Shown here in pieces: positions 1-8,616 of a stretch of DNA of 24,804 nt. Under the pieces are notes generated by a model. The model saw only the letters and a program-made list of their open reading frames with translations. It had not been told where the DNA came from and did no database searches. Position 1 is the first letter of the stretch. Each line of letters starts with the position of its first letter. The position numbers were made by a program, and so were the translations under genes. Origin of the DNA: a virus (Duplodnaviria; Caudoviricetes); IMG/VR virus record IMGVR_UViG_3300049489_001507, positions 1-24,804 of that record. One strand, given 5' to 3'.

Positions 1-384
1 TTATTCCTTCTTCTTTTTTCCTTGTTTTAATACCACCCTTGCCACATCCATCGCATTCTTCCTTTTATCCTGGTCTTCAGTGAGCAGCTCCCGAATAAAT
101 TTATCGAGATCCTTCTTTTCCTGTTCTGTGAAATGACCGGTACGCGATTCCCAATATGTGAATTTTTCAGTTTTCTCTACCTTCGTTGTTTCAGTCCCTA
201 AAAGTTCACCAGGTGTTGTTTTTAATTCAGCAGCAATCTTCATAAGAAGTTCGTTGGAAGGCTCGGCACGGCCCTGTTCATAGGCAGCAATGTTCTGTTT
301 TTTGCTCCCAACTCTGTCAGCAAGTTCCTGTTGGCTAAACCCTCTTGCAACTCTTTTCGCGCTTAAATTCTCAGAAAACGGCAT
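1..384 (-). CDS. Phage repressor, XRE-family HTH (127 aa from ATG at 384)
   Basis: MPFSENLSAKRVARGFSQQELADRVGSKKQNIAAYEQGRAEP is a canonical HTH_3/XRE; divergent from the early operon. The longer ORF-track start (504) overlaps the operators and the next gene. Confidence 0.9.
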   Translation of the reverse strand: MPFSENLSAKRVARGFSQQELADRVGSKKQNIAAYEQGRAEPSNELLMKIAAELKTTPGELLGTETTKVEKTEKFTYWESRTGHFTEQEKKDLDKFIRELLTEDQDKRKNAMDVARVVLKQGKKKKE

Positions 385-434
385 ATATAAATTCTTTATA
401 CTTTTCCCTTGACAAGAGTATAAATTTTTTATAC
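385..434. promoter_or_regulatory. Two 17-bp palindromic operators of the lysis/lysogeny switch
   Basis: ATATAAATTCTTTATAC (385-401) and GTATAAATTTTTTATAC (418-434; perfect GTATAAA-N3-TTTATAC). Confidence 0.8.
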
Positions 435-439
435 CTTGC
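409..439 (+). promoter_or_regulatory. Early (lytic) promoter
   Basis: TTGACA (409-414), 17-nt spacer, TACCTT(GC) (432-439); operator 418-434 covers the spacer and -10 box. Confidence 0.7.
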
Positions 440-463
440 TTCCAATAGTAAACACGGAAAAAT

Positions 464-652
464 ATGACAAAATCAAAGCACAAAATCAAACCGATAGTGA
501 ACAAGGCTGAAATCGCCCGGAGAATAGGTCTTTCTAAACAATATGTAGGTCAATTACTCAATGGCAAGCGGCATAACGCCGCCCGGATCCGTGAAATTGA
601 ATCTGTTATCCACAGCGAACTGCACAACTTCAAACGCACAAAGGCTGCTTGA
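464..652 (+). CDS. Ner/Cro-like small HTH regulator
   Basis: NKAEIARRIGLSKQYVGQLLNGKR HTH; first gene of the early operon, divergent from the repressor. Confidence 0.85.
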   Translation: MTKSKHKIKPIVNKAEIARRIGLSKQYVGQLLNGKRHNAARIREIESVIHSELHNFKRTKAA

Positions 653-721
653 TCAATGTATAAGTTCAGGGTCGCTTACACAATAATCCCTCTGTCACAA
701 AATCGAATCCCAAAATAACTA

Positions 722-2647
722 ATGGAACAAAAAAACTGGCTCACCATCGATGATCTTTCAAAGATTCTTCTGGCATCACCGGGAGCAATTCGAGTGAGAC
801 TACATCGGAATCAAAGTAAAATTAAAACTATATACGAAATCATTTCCACCGGCCGCCAACTTCAGATCTCTGTTGAAAGCCTGATAGAGAATAAGTGGAT
901 CACTGCAGACCAGGTAAAAAGTCTCACTGTGAGACAGTCGGTGAAGATGGATCCGTCCAGCGGGAACCGTCTGTTGGTTTCATCGATCGTTCGGAAGAAT
1001 TTCAGCAACCTTACTTCATTGGAAGAGGATCTCCTCTCCATGGTACCGCAGTGGAGGAGCATGAAGAGGACCGAGCTCGTGCAGATGCTCGCGCAGCTGC
1101 TGGGTGTATCACGCGCCTGGCTTTACAGGGACCATTCGAACGATAAACGCTCCGACAAAGACTCCGCCTTCACAAAACTGGACACAGATCAACAGCTGGC
1201 AGTCCAGGGATACCTGATAAAGAAGCACACGCCGAAGCTGTTCGTCCAGGCATGCATCAACGATGAGACTCTCCCTGATCTATCGGTCCGCACATGGTAC
1301 CGTATCAACTCCGAGTTGAAGAAAGTGCTGCACTTCGAGAATGAGTTCGTCACCAAGGGACCGATCGCGCTCCGTCAATCAACGCCGAGCATCCTGCGGG
1401 ACCGGACGCATCTGAAACCGCTCGAAGTGATCGTCGGCGATTACTGGAGGGTGGACCGGATCGTGAAATGGGTGGACGGCGAACTGGTGATGCCATACCT
1501 CTGCGTATGGATCGACTGGCGAACATACAAGATCGTCGGTTATGCTCTGGCGAAGACTCCGAACTCGCTCGGTGTGAAGACAGCGCTCTTCGTCTGTTTC
1601 ACTCAGTTCGGGATCCCGCAATATGCATACATGGACAACGGCAAAGAATTTCGGGCAATGCGCGTTTCCGGATCCCGTTTGGAAGAGATCAACACCATTC
1701 TTCGCCTGGATGAAGTAGATGACCTGGTGAAACAGTTTGAGTATAAAGGGATCATCACCGGTCTCGGAATCAAAGACATCAATGCGATCTTCAAAAATCC
1801 ACGCGCCAAAATCATCGAGCGCGCATTCGGCCGCGGTGGCTTCACTGATTGGGCGAAGGAATTCCAGGACTGGACCGGCGCGAAATACTGGCAGCAGCCG
1901 GAATGGCTCAAGATGAATGTCACGCGCTACCGGTCCGAGAAGAAGGTCCGCAATCTCATCAACACCGAGTTCACGAACCGGAACACCGGCGAGTTCTTCC
2001 AGTTCGCCGATTACTTCGATCTCGCCGCATCGATCCGGGAATACATCGAACGGCACAACAACCGGATCTCATCCGGGCATGGGATGGATGAGCAATCTCC
2101 GAACCAGATATGGGAGATCCTCTCGAAGCAGCACACCGTTCGAAGGGTCGCTGCATCAACGATCGCGTTTCACTTCCTGGAAGGATCCACAAAGAAGGTC
2201 CGCCGGGATGGCAAGATCGAATTCAAACGGCACTTCTTCTATGAATCCTCCAGGCTCCCGCTGCACCGTTTGGAAGATGTCTTCATCAAGTATAATCCTA
2301 TCGATGGATTCTGGTTCAACCGACCGGACGGATTACAGCATGAGTTCCTTCCGAAGTCGCTCCTGGTGTTCGATGCAGAGGGACGCTTCATCGATGAAGC
2401 CCTGTATTGTGAACGTGCTCACCCGATCAACGAACCGAACCTGCCGGAGATGATGAAGAAGCAGGGAGACTTCCAACGCCAGGTCCGGGAATCAGTAAAG
2501 AGCATCACCTCCGGTGAAAGCCGTCCGGCGCTGCCGGTAGTGGATACGAAGAGTCTCACGGAAGAGGCGAAAGCAGCTCTTCCGGATCCCGCAGAAGAAG
2601 AGAGAAAGCGGAAAGACGAGAACAAATATCGGAACAAATTTATCTGA
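722..2647 (+). CDS. Mu-type DDE transposase (MuA-like)
   Basis: 641 aa; N-terminal HTH; catalytic motifs VIVGDYW, YMDNGKEF, PRAKIIERAFG; YIERHNNR..H.GM..QSP; Mu-transposase C-terminal region. Confidence 0.95.
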   Translation: MEQKNWLTIDDLSKILLASPGAIRVRLHRNQSKIKTIYEIISTGRQLQISVESLIENKWITADQVKSLTVRQSVKMDPSSGNRLLVSSIVRKNFSNLTSLEEDLLSMVPQWRSMKRTELVQMLAQLLGVSRAWLYRDHSNDKRSDKDSAFTKLDTDQQLAVQGYLIKKHTPKLFVQACINDETLPDLSVRTWYRINSELKKVLHFENEFVTKGPIALRQSTPSILRDRTHLKPLEVIVGDYWRVDRIVKWVDGELVMPYLCVWIDWRTYKIVGYALAKTPNSLGVKTALFVCFTQFGIPQYAYMDNGKEFRAMRVSGSRLEEINTILRLDEVDDLVKQFEYKGIITGLGIKDINAIFKNPRAKIIERAFGRGGFTDWAKEFQDWTGAKYWQQPEWLKMNVTRYRSEKKVRNLINTEFTNRNTGEFFQFADYFDLAASIREYIERHNNRISSGHGMDEQSPNQIWEILSKQHTVRRVAASTIAFHFLEGSTKKVRRDGKIEFKRHFFYESSRLPLHRLEDVFIKYNPIDGFWFNRPDGLQHEFLPKSLLVFDAEGRFIDEALYCERAHPINEPNLPEMMKKQGDFQRQVRESVKSITSGESRPALPVVDTKSLTEEAKAALPDPAEEERKRKDENKYRNKFI

Positions 2648-2658
2648 AGAGGATCCCA

Positions 2659-2943
2659 ATGGAATTGACCAAAGAAGACCGCCAGCGTTTGACCGAACAG
2701 CACGATGCGTTCGTGAAGCAATACAATCTCTTCCTGGAAGAGATCATCCGGCTCTGGCCGAAAGAGATGTCCTTGGACGAAGCGCTGCTCTTGACCGAAC
2801 TGCGGATCCACAGCACAGCAATCCGCCATGATACGGAAGCGATGGCTGCCACGTTGGACAAGCTCGGCTGGTGGCACCGAAAATACATCACTTCACCTGC
2901 AATTCAAAAGGAGGCCGCGGAACGACATCTGAACACCAATTGA
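2659..2943 (+). CDS. Hypothetical protein
   Basis: 94-aa ORF with GAGG SD, co-oriented in the early operon. Confidence 0.7.
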   Translation: MELTKEDRQRLTEQHDAFVKQYNLFLEEIIRLWPKEMSLDEALLLTELRIHSTAIRHDTEAMAATLDKLGWWHRKYITSPAIQKEAAERHLNTN

Positions 2944-3017
2944 TTTTTTTTGTCTCTGTCATCTGTCAAGTAAACTACAGTCACCTTAACCACAATCAAT
3001 AATACAGGAGTAACGGT

Positions 3018-3491
3018 ATGAAACACAACAACTCGAACGGATCAAGCTTTCGTCATGATGATGAACTCATCGGAACCCTGCAGTACGTCTTCATCACTCA
3101 GAAACGGTATGACATTCTGAAGCTCTCTCAGCAGCTCGGAATGGAATACGCGGACCTCTACGCATTCGTCTCCGGCCGTCGCACGATGCCGATCACGCTG
3201 CTCAAGCGCATCACCGAGTTCACCGGTGACAAGATCTTCCTGGATACCGTGTTCAGCGGATCCAATATCGTTTGGTCATTCAAGAACCATAAACACGCTC
3301 ACTCGAACAATCCGTCGCAGGAAGCGCTCGAAGCGGTCGGCGCCGTTGGTGAGTTCTCCTCCTCGCTGAAGAAGGCCTTGGATGACGGTAAGATCAGCGA
3401 GACGGAACGCATCGATATTCTTCACAGGATCACGTTCGCCGTTCAAGAATTGACTGATGTCGCCGAGTCACTGAAAGTAAAGGTGGCATAA
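3018..3491 (+). CDS. Phage regulatory protein, CII (186/P2-type, CP76)-like
   Basis: AGGAG SD; N-terminal HTH (LKLSQQLGMEYADLYAFVSG) and C-terminal helical ALDDGKISETE motif typical of that family. Confidence 0.7.
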   Translation: MKHNNSNGSSFRHDDELIGTLQYVFITQKRYDILKLSQQLGMEYADLYAFVSGRRTMPITLLKRITEFTGDKIFLDTVFSGSNIVWSFKNHKHAHSNNPSQEALEAVGAVGEFSSSLKKALDDGKISETERIDILHRITFAVQELTDVAESLKVKVA

Positions 3492-4453
3492 TGAAGACCG
3501 AAACCATGTTCGACTCAGAACTGAAGAAGGTGAAGCGGCTGCAGAGCTGGAAGCCGATGGTCGCTCTCCGTGCTGCAGTGAATCCTTCCGAAGTGGACAA
3601 GCTCATTGAACAGCGCGATCTCCGAGTGATCAATGCGGTCCTCTCCATGACCGGCAGGGGAGGAGCGATCCGCGCGGTGGACATCTCCTCGAAGAAATTC
3701 ATTGAGAAGATCCTGCGCGCGGCCGCATGGGACAAACGCATGTATGCGGTGTTCGGTCCGACCGGTGTCGGAAAGACCTTCGCGATCAATTCGGTTCTTT
3801 CATCCATCGAGACAAAGATCTCGTACGTCCGGGTGAACGAATATAACAAAGGGAACAAGCTTGCCCTGCTGCAGCAGATCGCTCGGAACTTCGGATTCAT
3901 CGGGTTCGAGTCTGTGAAGGGATTCCGGGCGATGCACGGAAATCCCTACTTCTACAAGATCAAAGAGAAGTTCGACAATGAGAACGGTGTGATCGTGGTG
4001 GATGAAGCGCAGAAGCTTCGCGACAACTCTTTTGAGATGCTCCGTGACATCTATGATGAAACGAAGGTCTCCCTGGTGATCATCGGTTCGACGGCGTTCG
4101 CGGAGCGCTTATCCGTAAAGAAGATCACGGATGAGATCTTTGGTCAGATGCTCCGCAGGTTCGATGACCGGTATGAACTGCCCCATGCAACCTCCGCGGA
4201 TGTGAAGCTCTTCCTGAGTGCATACGGCATCCAGGTGGACGCTGGCGAAGCAAAACAGATCGCGAAGAAGATCGGATCCTGGGGAGATATTGATACACTC
4301 TCCAAGGCAATGCGGTTCATTGCCGGGGACATCTCGGACGGCGAACTCACCTGGACCAAGGTCGGCGCTGGGAATATCATCGATGCAATCGAACGGGTCG
4401 TGATGCTCATGGACATCAATACGGAATCAAGCGATGGATCAGATAATAAATAG
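3491..4453 (+). CDS. MuB-like AAA+ transposition ATPase
   Basis: Walker A GPTGVGKT, Walker B VIVVDEAQ, LRDIYDET..SLVIIG, QMLRRF arginine-finger region. Confidence 0.92.
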   Translation: MKTETMFDSELKKVKRLQSWKPMVALRAAVNPSEVDKLIEQRDLRVINAVLSMTGRGGAIRAVDISSKKFIEKILRAAAWDKRMYAVFGPTGVGKTFAINSVLSSIETKISYVRVNEYNKGNKLALLQQIARNFGFIGFESVKGFRAMHGNPYFYKIKEKFDNENGVIVVDEAQKLRDNSFEMLRDIYDETKVSLVIIGSTAFAERLSVKKITDEIFGQMLRRFDDRYELPHATSADVKLFLSAYGIQVDAGEAKQIAKKIGSWGDIDTLSKAMRFIAGDISDGELTWTKVGAGNIIDAIERVVMLMDINTESSDGSDNK

Positions 4454-4874
4454 AAAGCTGCATGCGATCGCCGGGAGCATTGCTCCCGGTGAAGCGCACG
4501 AGTTCCTGAAGACCACAGCGAAAGAGAAGTTCGGAGTGGAATACAGGGACCTCACGGAGGTGCAGTGCCGCGCACTGTCAACGCACCTGCGGGAAGTAAA
4601 GGACCGGCTCCGCACCGGGATCTTCAAAGCGCTGCACGGCGCCGAAGGAGTCCCGATCACCGAAGAACAGATCGGCCAGGTGCGGACATACCAGAAGCTT
4701 CTCGGATGGAAAGAACATTCGCTCTGGACCATGATCAATAACCGGTACGGTGAAACCTCCCTGGAGGCGATGCCGAAATGGAAAGCGGTCCGGTTGGTAG
4801 CCTATCTGCAGAAGAGGTGGCATTCAAAAAAATCAAAAGACAACAAACAATCATCTGTGGAGCAAAAGGCATGA
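4434..4874 (+). CDS. GemA/gp16 (DUF1018)-like protein
   Basis: TEEQIGQVRTYQKLLGW..L..MINNRYGETSLEAMPKWKAVRLVAYLQK matches the DUF1018 pattern; Mu early-region context. Confidence 0.7.
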   Translation: MDQIINRKLHAIAGSIAPGEAHEFLKTTAKEKFGVEYRDLTEVQCRALSTHLREVKDRLRTGIFKALHGAEGVPITEEQIGQVRTYQKLLGWKEHSLWTMINNRYGETSLEAMPKWKAVRLVAYLQKRWHSKKSKDNKQSSVEQKA

Positions 4875-5227
4875 AACAGAACCGCATCATTACCATCTCT
4901 GAACATGCAGTGGACCGATTCATTGAACGGTTCGAGTTCGCCGGGAAGAATACGGGGAACGAATCCGATGTTCGGTTCGCCGCTGAACGGGCGATTGTCT
5001 CCATCTGGCAGAGTGCAAGCTATGTCAGCGATGACCATTCCGGGATCCTCTTCCGGAACAGGGATTTCTTCTGCGATATGATCGTCTTCAACCGGATGAT
5101 CAAGACGCTCTTTCCGACAAAAGGAGGAGCACTTCAACCGGAGAATCATTCAACAACAGATCTCAGGATCAAAGGGGAAATGAACAACTCACGATTCAGG
5201 AAGCAATCTAAAACCGGAGGGAAATAA
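4871..5227 (+). CDS. Hypothetical protein with HA..R..ER motif (possible RelE/DUF4258-like fold)
   Basis: ATG 4871 overlaps the upstream stop (ATGA); ISEHAVDRFIERF...MIKTLFP. Confidence 0.6.
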   Translation: MKQNRIITISEHAVDRFIERFEFAGKNTGNESDVRFAAERAIVSIWQSASYVSDDHSGILFRNRDFFCDMIVFNRMIKTLFPTKGGALQPENHSTTDLRIKGEMNNSRFRKQSKTGGK

Positions 5228-5228
5228 C

Positions 5229-5579
5229 ATGGAACCATATTTAGCCGTCATCGCCGTCATCGTAGTTATTGGAATCGTCTTTGCATTTGTGGCAGTTATG
5301 TCCGGAGGGAATGCCGATGACAATCGCCGATGGAACAATCTCCTGGTGGAGATGTACGAAAAGAATCCGAACGCAACCTATAGCGCGCAGCTGGAGTTTC
5401 TCCGGAGACAGAAGTATGCAGCCATCCGTCAATCCACCACGAATCATGAGGACATCAATGAACTCATGGAGGATTACCAGATGATCGTGGATGAACAGGA
5501 ACGGCTCACAGAAGGGGACCGTCAGCTAGGAAGGGAATTCGAGCCGCATGTAGCGAACCAAACAAAGGAAGGACATTAA
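5229..5579 (+). CDS. Hypothetical protein with N-terminal transmembrane helix
   Basis: GGAGG SD; YLAVIAVIVVIGIVFAFVAVM. Confidence 0.7.
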   Translation: MEPYLAVIAVIVVIGIVFAFVAVMSGGNADDNRRWNNLLVEMYEKNPNATYSAQLEFLRRQKYAAIRQSTTNHEDINELMEDYQMIVDEQERLTEGDRQLGREFEPHVANQTKEGH

Positions 5580-5581
5580 TC

Positions 5582-5860
5582 ATGGAAACGAACCAGGTAT
5601 TTCAAAAACGTCAGGAAGAGATCGACGCGCTGACATCAACAATCAGCAATCTGGATAAAGTGACATCAGCATTAAAACCGCATGTCGCTGATTACAATGA
5701 TAAGATGCGTAAACGAAAAGAGTTGCGAAAGCAGCTCGCCGCCAAACAGCGCGAGGCGAAGATTGTCCAGGAGTGGTTCAAAGGGACCACACTCATCGAT
5801 GAGCGGTTTCCGCTCTTCGCTCAAAAGCATGAAACTGAATCAACTCACACTAACCAATAA
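5582..5860 (+). CDS. Hypothetical coiled-coil protein
   Basis: Tightly packed in the operon, GGAAGGA SD. Confidence 0.7.
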   Translation: METNQVFQKRQEEIDALTSTISNLDKVTSALKPHVADYNDKMRKRKELRKQLAAKQREAKIVQEWFKGTTLIDERFPLFAQKHETESTHTNQ

Positions 5861-5881
5861 CCATAATCCACAGAGGTAGAT

Positions 5882-6442
5882 ATGCCTGAAACCAAAAAAG
5901 ATTTGAGAGTGATGCCGGATATACCGCCGCCGAAACCGGTCCGAAGTTATGAAGATGCGGACCAGACACTGCTCCGGATCGCGGACTGCGAAACGAAGCT
6001 TCAAACTGCCGAGGCAGAGATGAACGAACGGATCCAGAAGATCCGCGAGGAGTATGAAATGAACACGCATGTTCTCCGAGCGATGAAAGTATCGCACGAG
6101 AAGGAGCTGGAGAGGTTCTGCATTGTGAACAAAGCGGACTTCGAAAAATCGCGGAGCCGTGAGCTGGTCCACGGCAAGATCGGATTCCGGAACACTCCGC
6201 CGAAGGTCGCCCTGCTGAACCGGAAGTATAAATGGGATACGGTCATTGAACTGCTTCGGAAGGTCCGGTTCGGTAAGGATCTCATCCGCACGAAGGAAGA
6301 GATCAATAAGGAACAGGTGCTCGCGTCCTATGCTGCCAAAGAGATCGATGATCAGAAGCTTGCCAGCGTTGGAATGAAGGTGGACCAGAGCGAAGAGTTT
6401 TTCAGCGTGATAAAATGGGAAGAGATCCCGGAAGTGCAATAA
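5882..6442 (+). CDS. gam: Mu Gam-family host-nuclease inhibitor (DNA end-binding)
   Basis: Coiled coil followed by KSRSRELVHGKIGFRNTPPKV, LIRTKEEINKE and GMKVDQSEEF motifs. Confidence 0.92.
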   Translation: MPETKKDLRVMPDIPPPKPVRSYEDADQTLLRIADCETKLQTAEAEMNERIQKIREEYEMNTHVLRAMKVSHEKELERFCIVNKADFEKSRSRELVHGKIGFRNTPPKVALLNRKYKWDTVIELLRKVRFGKDLIRTKEEINKEQVLASYAAKEIDDQKLASVGMKVDQSEEFFSVIKWEEIPEVQ

Positions 6443-6444
6443 CC

Positions 6445-6765
6445 ATGGAAACCCAGACGACGCTCTTTGATGCTGCTCTGAACCGGAACGATGTCTATCA
6501 TGCCATCGAACCGGCGCTGAGCGAGAAACGCGCCCAGGTCCTGATCGCCATCATGGAGCTCGGCGAAGCGACCGACGAACAGATCTCAGACAAGCTGCAC
6601 TGGACGATCAACAGAGTCACAGGACGACGGCATGAGCTGCAGGATCTTTCCCTGGTCGAACAGGTCCGAACCGAGAAGGGACCCTATGGGTATCCCCGGT
6701 CGGTCTGGAAAGTGAACACGAACCAACTCAACTATTTCATATTACAACATTCAAAGGAGAATTAA
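6445..6765 (+). CDS. Winged-helix DNA-binding protein
   Basis: GEATDEQISDKLHWTINRVTGRRHELQDLSLVEQ...VW wHTH pattern; ATG 6445 two nt after gam stop. Confidence 0.75.
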   Translation: METQTTLFDAALNRNDVYHAIEPALSEKRAQVLIAIMELGEATDEQISDKLHWTINRVTGRRHELQDLSLVEQVRTEKGPYGYPRSVWKVNTNQLNYFILQHSKEN

Positions 6766-6767
6766 CC

Positions 6768-7151
6768 ATGGCAAAACTGAAAGAAGTATCGTTCAAAGTG
6801 CTCAACGAACAGAACGAAGAACTCCGCGAGATCACTGTCTCTGTCAAAGGCGGAAAAGAATGGCAGGAACGCGCTGAACAGGAAGCGGTGAAACAGCTCC
6901 AGGCAGGAGAGCATCTCCAGTTGATCACCCCCGCATCCGCAGATCAGGATAAAGAAGAAGGAACGAAGTTCACCTTCGAGTTCGAGATCTATCAGAACGG
7001 CGTCCAGAAGCGCGTTGTGGATCTGAGCGCGCTGAATGAAGACGAAGGTGCAGCTCTCGAAGCCGTCATTGCAAAATTGAAGGAGGAACTGTCCGAGGAT
7101 GAGTCGTACCGTTACACTGGAAAGTTCAAGAAACAGACGAAAGAGAAGTAA
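6768..7151 (+). CDS. Hypothetical acidic protein
   Basis: AAGGAG SD; 127 aa, Glu/Lys-rich. Confidence 0.75.
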   Translation: MAKLKEVSFKVLNEQNEELREITVSVKGGKEWQERAEQEAVKQLQAGEHLQLITPASADQDKEEGTKFTFEFEIYQNGVQKRVVDLSALNEDEGAALEAVIAKLKEELSEDESYRYTGKFKKQTKEK

Positions 7152-7161
7152 CTGGTCCATC

Positions 7162-7289
7162 GTCCGGATGCAGAGTGATCTGTCATCCGGACACAACTGC
7201 CGATGAAGCACAACGATGAGAAGAAGGAAGGGGTGGGAGCGAGGAAGTCCTCGACACATAAAAGCAGCGTAACGACCTGCACACCTTCC
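7162..7289 (+). ncRNA. Candidate structured RNA in intergenic region
   Basis: GTCCGGATG-CAGA-GTGA-TCTG-T-CATCCGGAC GNRA hairpin, then a multi-stem element closed by GGAAGG/CCTTCC. Confidence 0.4.
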
Positions 7290-7317
7290 GGAGGGAATTC
7301 AGCGTGCGGTTCTGTGA

Positions 7318-7599
7318 ATGCAGACCATCGGCATCCCTACTAAAGAGAATATGATCTGTCCAAAATGCAAATACGATTATAAAGATGTCGAAGAAGGGGA
7401 GCTCCCTGGCGGAGTGGTCCGTGTGGACGACCATTTTTATAAGACCTTCCGCCGACTCGGCCGCCGATGCACGAACTGCGGGTTCATAGCAGAGTTCATT
7501 GAGAAGCCGACCGGAGATCCGTTCTATAAACGTCCGCTCCTGCCGATAGAGTTCGATCCGAAAACGGTGGCGAAGAGAAAACGGAAGACCAGGCGATGA
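7318..7599 (+). CDS. Zinc-ribbon protein (NrdR-N/Ogr-Delta-like); start may be 7351
   Basis: MICPKC...RRLGRRCTNCGFIAEFIE with a basic C-terminus. Confidence 0.7.
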   Translation: MQTIGIPTKENMICPKCKYDYKDVEEGELPGGVVRVDDHFYKTFRRLGRRCTNCGFIAEFIEKPTGDPFYKRPLLPIEFDPKTVAKRKRKTRR

Positions 7600-8159
7600 A
7601 CGAACAATTGAAACTCCTGCAGACCGAGAGTGAACCGGCAGCAACGGTGAAAGAGGAAAAGTCTCCATCCTGGCAGCAGCAGTTCGCCGGGTATTTCTTC
7701 TACAGCCATAAGGAGCGGACCGGGAAAGAGAGCAAGCTGAAGTTTGGAGCGCTCAAGAAGATGCTCTCCCAGCATGCTCAGAAGATGTGGGTGGATGATG
7801 AGACCGGGGCTCCGGAGATACCGAGCTTCGAAGAGTGGAAAGAGGAGGTGGATGCATACTGGAGTGACCGGTTCGCCGCGGAGGAAGTGGGTTTTCATTT
7901 CAGCTATCTGCTCAAACGGTACGGATCGTTCAAGAAATTCAAACCGGTGAAGCGTGAAGCATCAGATCCGGTGCTGATTTGGACCTGCAGGAAGTGCAGC
8001 CATGTGATGAAGCATCCGAGATCGAAGTGGATGGTGTATAAAGATAAAATTGGACAGTGTTCCAAATGTAGAACAACTTTCAGTGTTAACAATGTTCTAC
8101 AGAAGATTCAGAATGTTTCAGAACTATTAACTACGGAAATAGTGCAGAAGATAGTTTAA
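7596..8159 (+). CDS. Hypothetical protein with C-terminal CxxC..CxxC zinc finger
   Basis: ATGA overlap with previous gene; CRKC...CSKC. Confidence 0.75.
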   Translation: MNEQLKLLQTESEPAATVKEEKSPSWQQQFAGYFFYSHKERTGKESKLKFGALKKMLSQHAQKMWVDDETGAPEIPSFEEWKEEVDAYWSDRFAAEEVGFHFSYLLKRYGSFKKFKPVKREASDPVLIWTCRKCSHVMKHPRSKWMVYKDKIGQCSKCRTTFSVNNVLQKIQNVSELLTTEIVQKIV

Positions 8160-8616
8160 AAAATAAGAGTAGTCTAAATATTATATAAAAAATGAATCCG
8201 AGAAAAAAAGTAACATTAACATAGGGTGAACTTTTTGGAATAAACGAGTAATATTTTTTTGTTCGATCGACAATAGAAGAACGCCATTTATCAAGTTCTA
8301 AATCGGTCTCATCTGAACGAGGTAAATGTTCACGGACCATTGTTATCGTTGCCACCTCTTTATCAATTCCAAATTTATTGATTATAAGTAATAACCTGGC
8401 AAAGGAAAATACAAGGCAAAGAATCCAACTAATCCATGATGCAAAAAGCCAATAAATATTATTCCCAAGTGGTTGATTAATTGGCTCAGAAGCAATCGAT
8501 AATGCGCCAATACAAAAACCAATTATGTAATATTGGTATTTAACAATTTCTTTCTCATGCAGTTCACTTTTTTTATGAACTAGCTCCATTAAGCTATCTT
8601 TACCTTGATCCTTCAT
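8131..8616 (-). CDS. AT-rich accessory membrane protein (about 3 TM helices)
   Basis: YYIIGFCIGALSIA, WLFASWISWILCLVFSFARLLLII, VTFFLGFIFYIIFRLLLFF; GAGG SD. Confidence 0.8.
   Translation of the reverse strand: MKDQGKDSLMELVHKKSELHEKEIVKYQYYIIGFCIGALSIASEPINQPLGNNIYWLFASWISWILCLVFSFARLLLIINKFGIDKEVATITMVREHLPRSDETDLELDKWRSSIVDRTKKYYSFIPKSSPYVNVTFFLGFIFYIIFRLLLFFKLSSALFP

Noticed and set aside
385-504. 40-aa N-terminal extension of the repressor in the ORF track
   Set aside because: Overlaps the operators, promoter and Ner-like gene; the HTH begins at Met 384
1379-2056. 225-aa minus-strand ORF and other ORFs overlapping the transposase
   Set aside because: Shadow frames of a well-supported gene; no recognisable motifs
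5840-6439. 199-aa minus-strand ORF
   Set aside because: Antisense shadow of gam
7196-7225. CGATGAAG/CGATGAG resembling a hammerhead ribozyme core
   Set aside because: Lacks CUGANGA and a suitably placed GAAA and cleavage triplet; also no tRNA T-loop pattern
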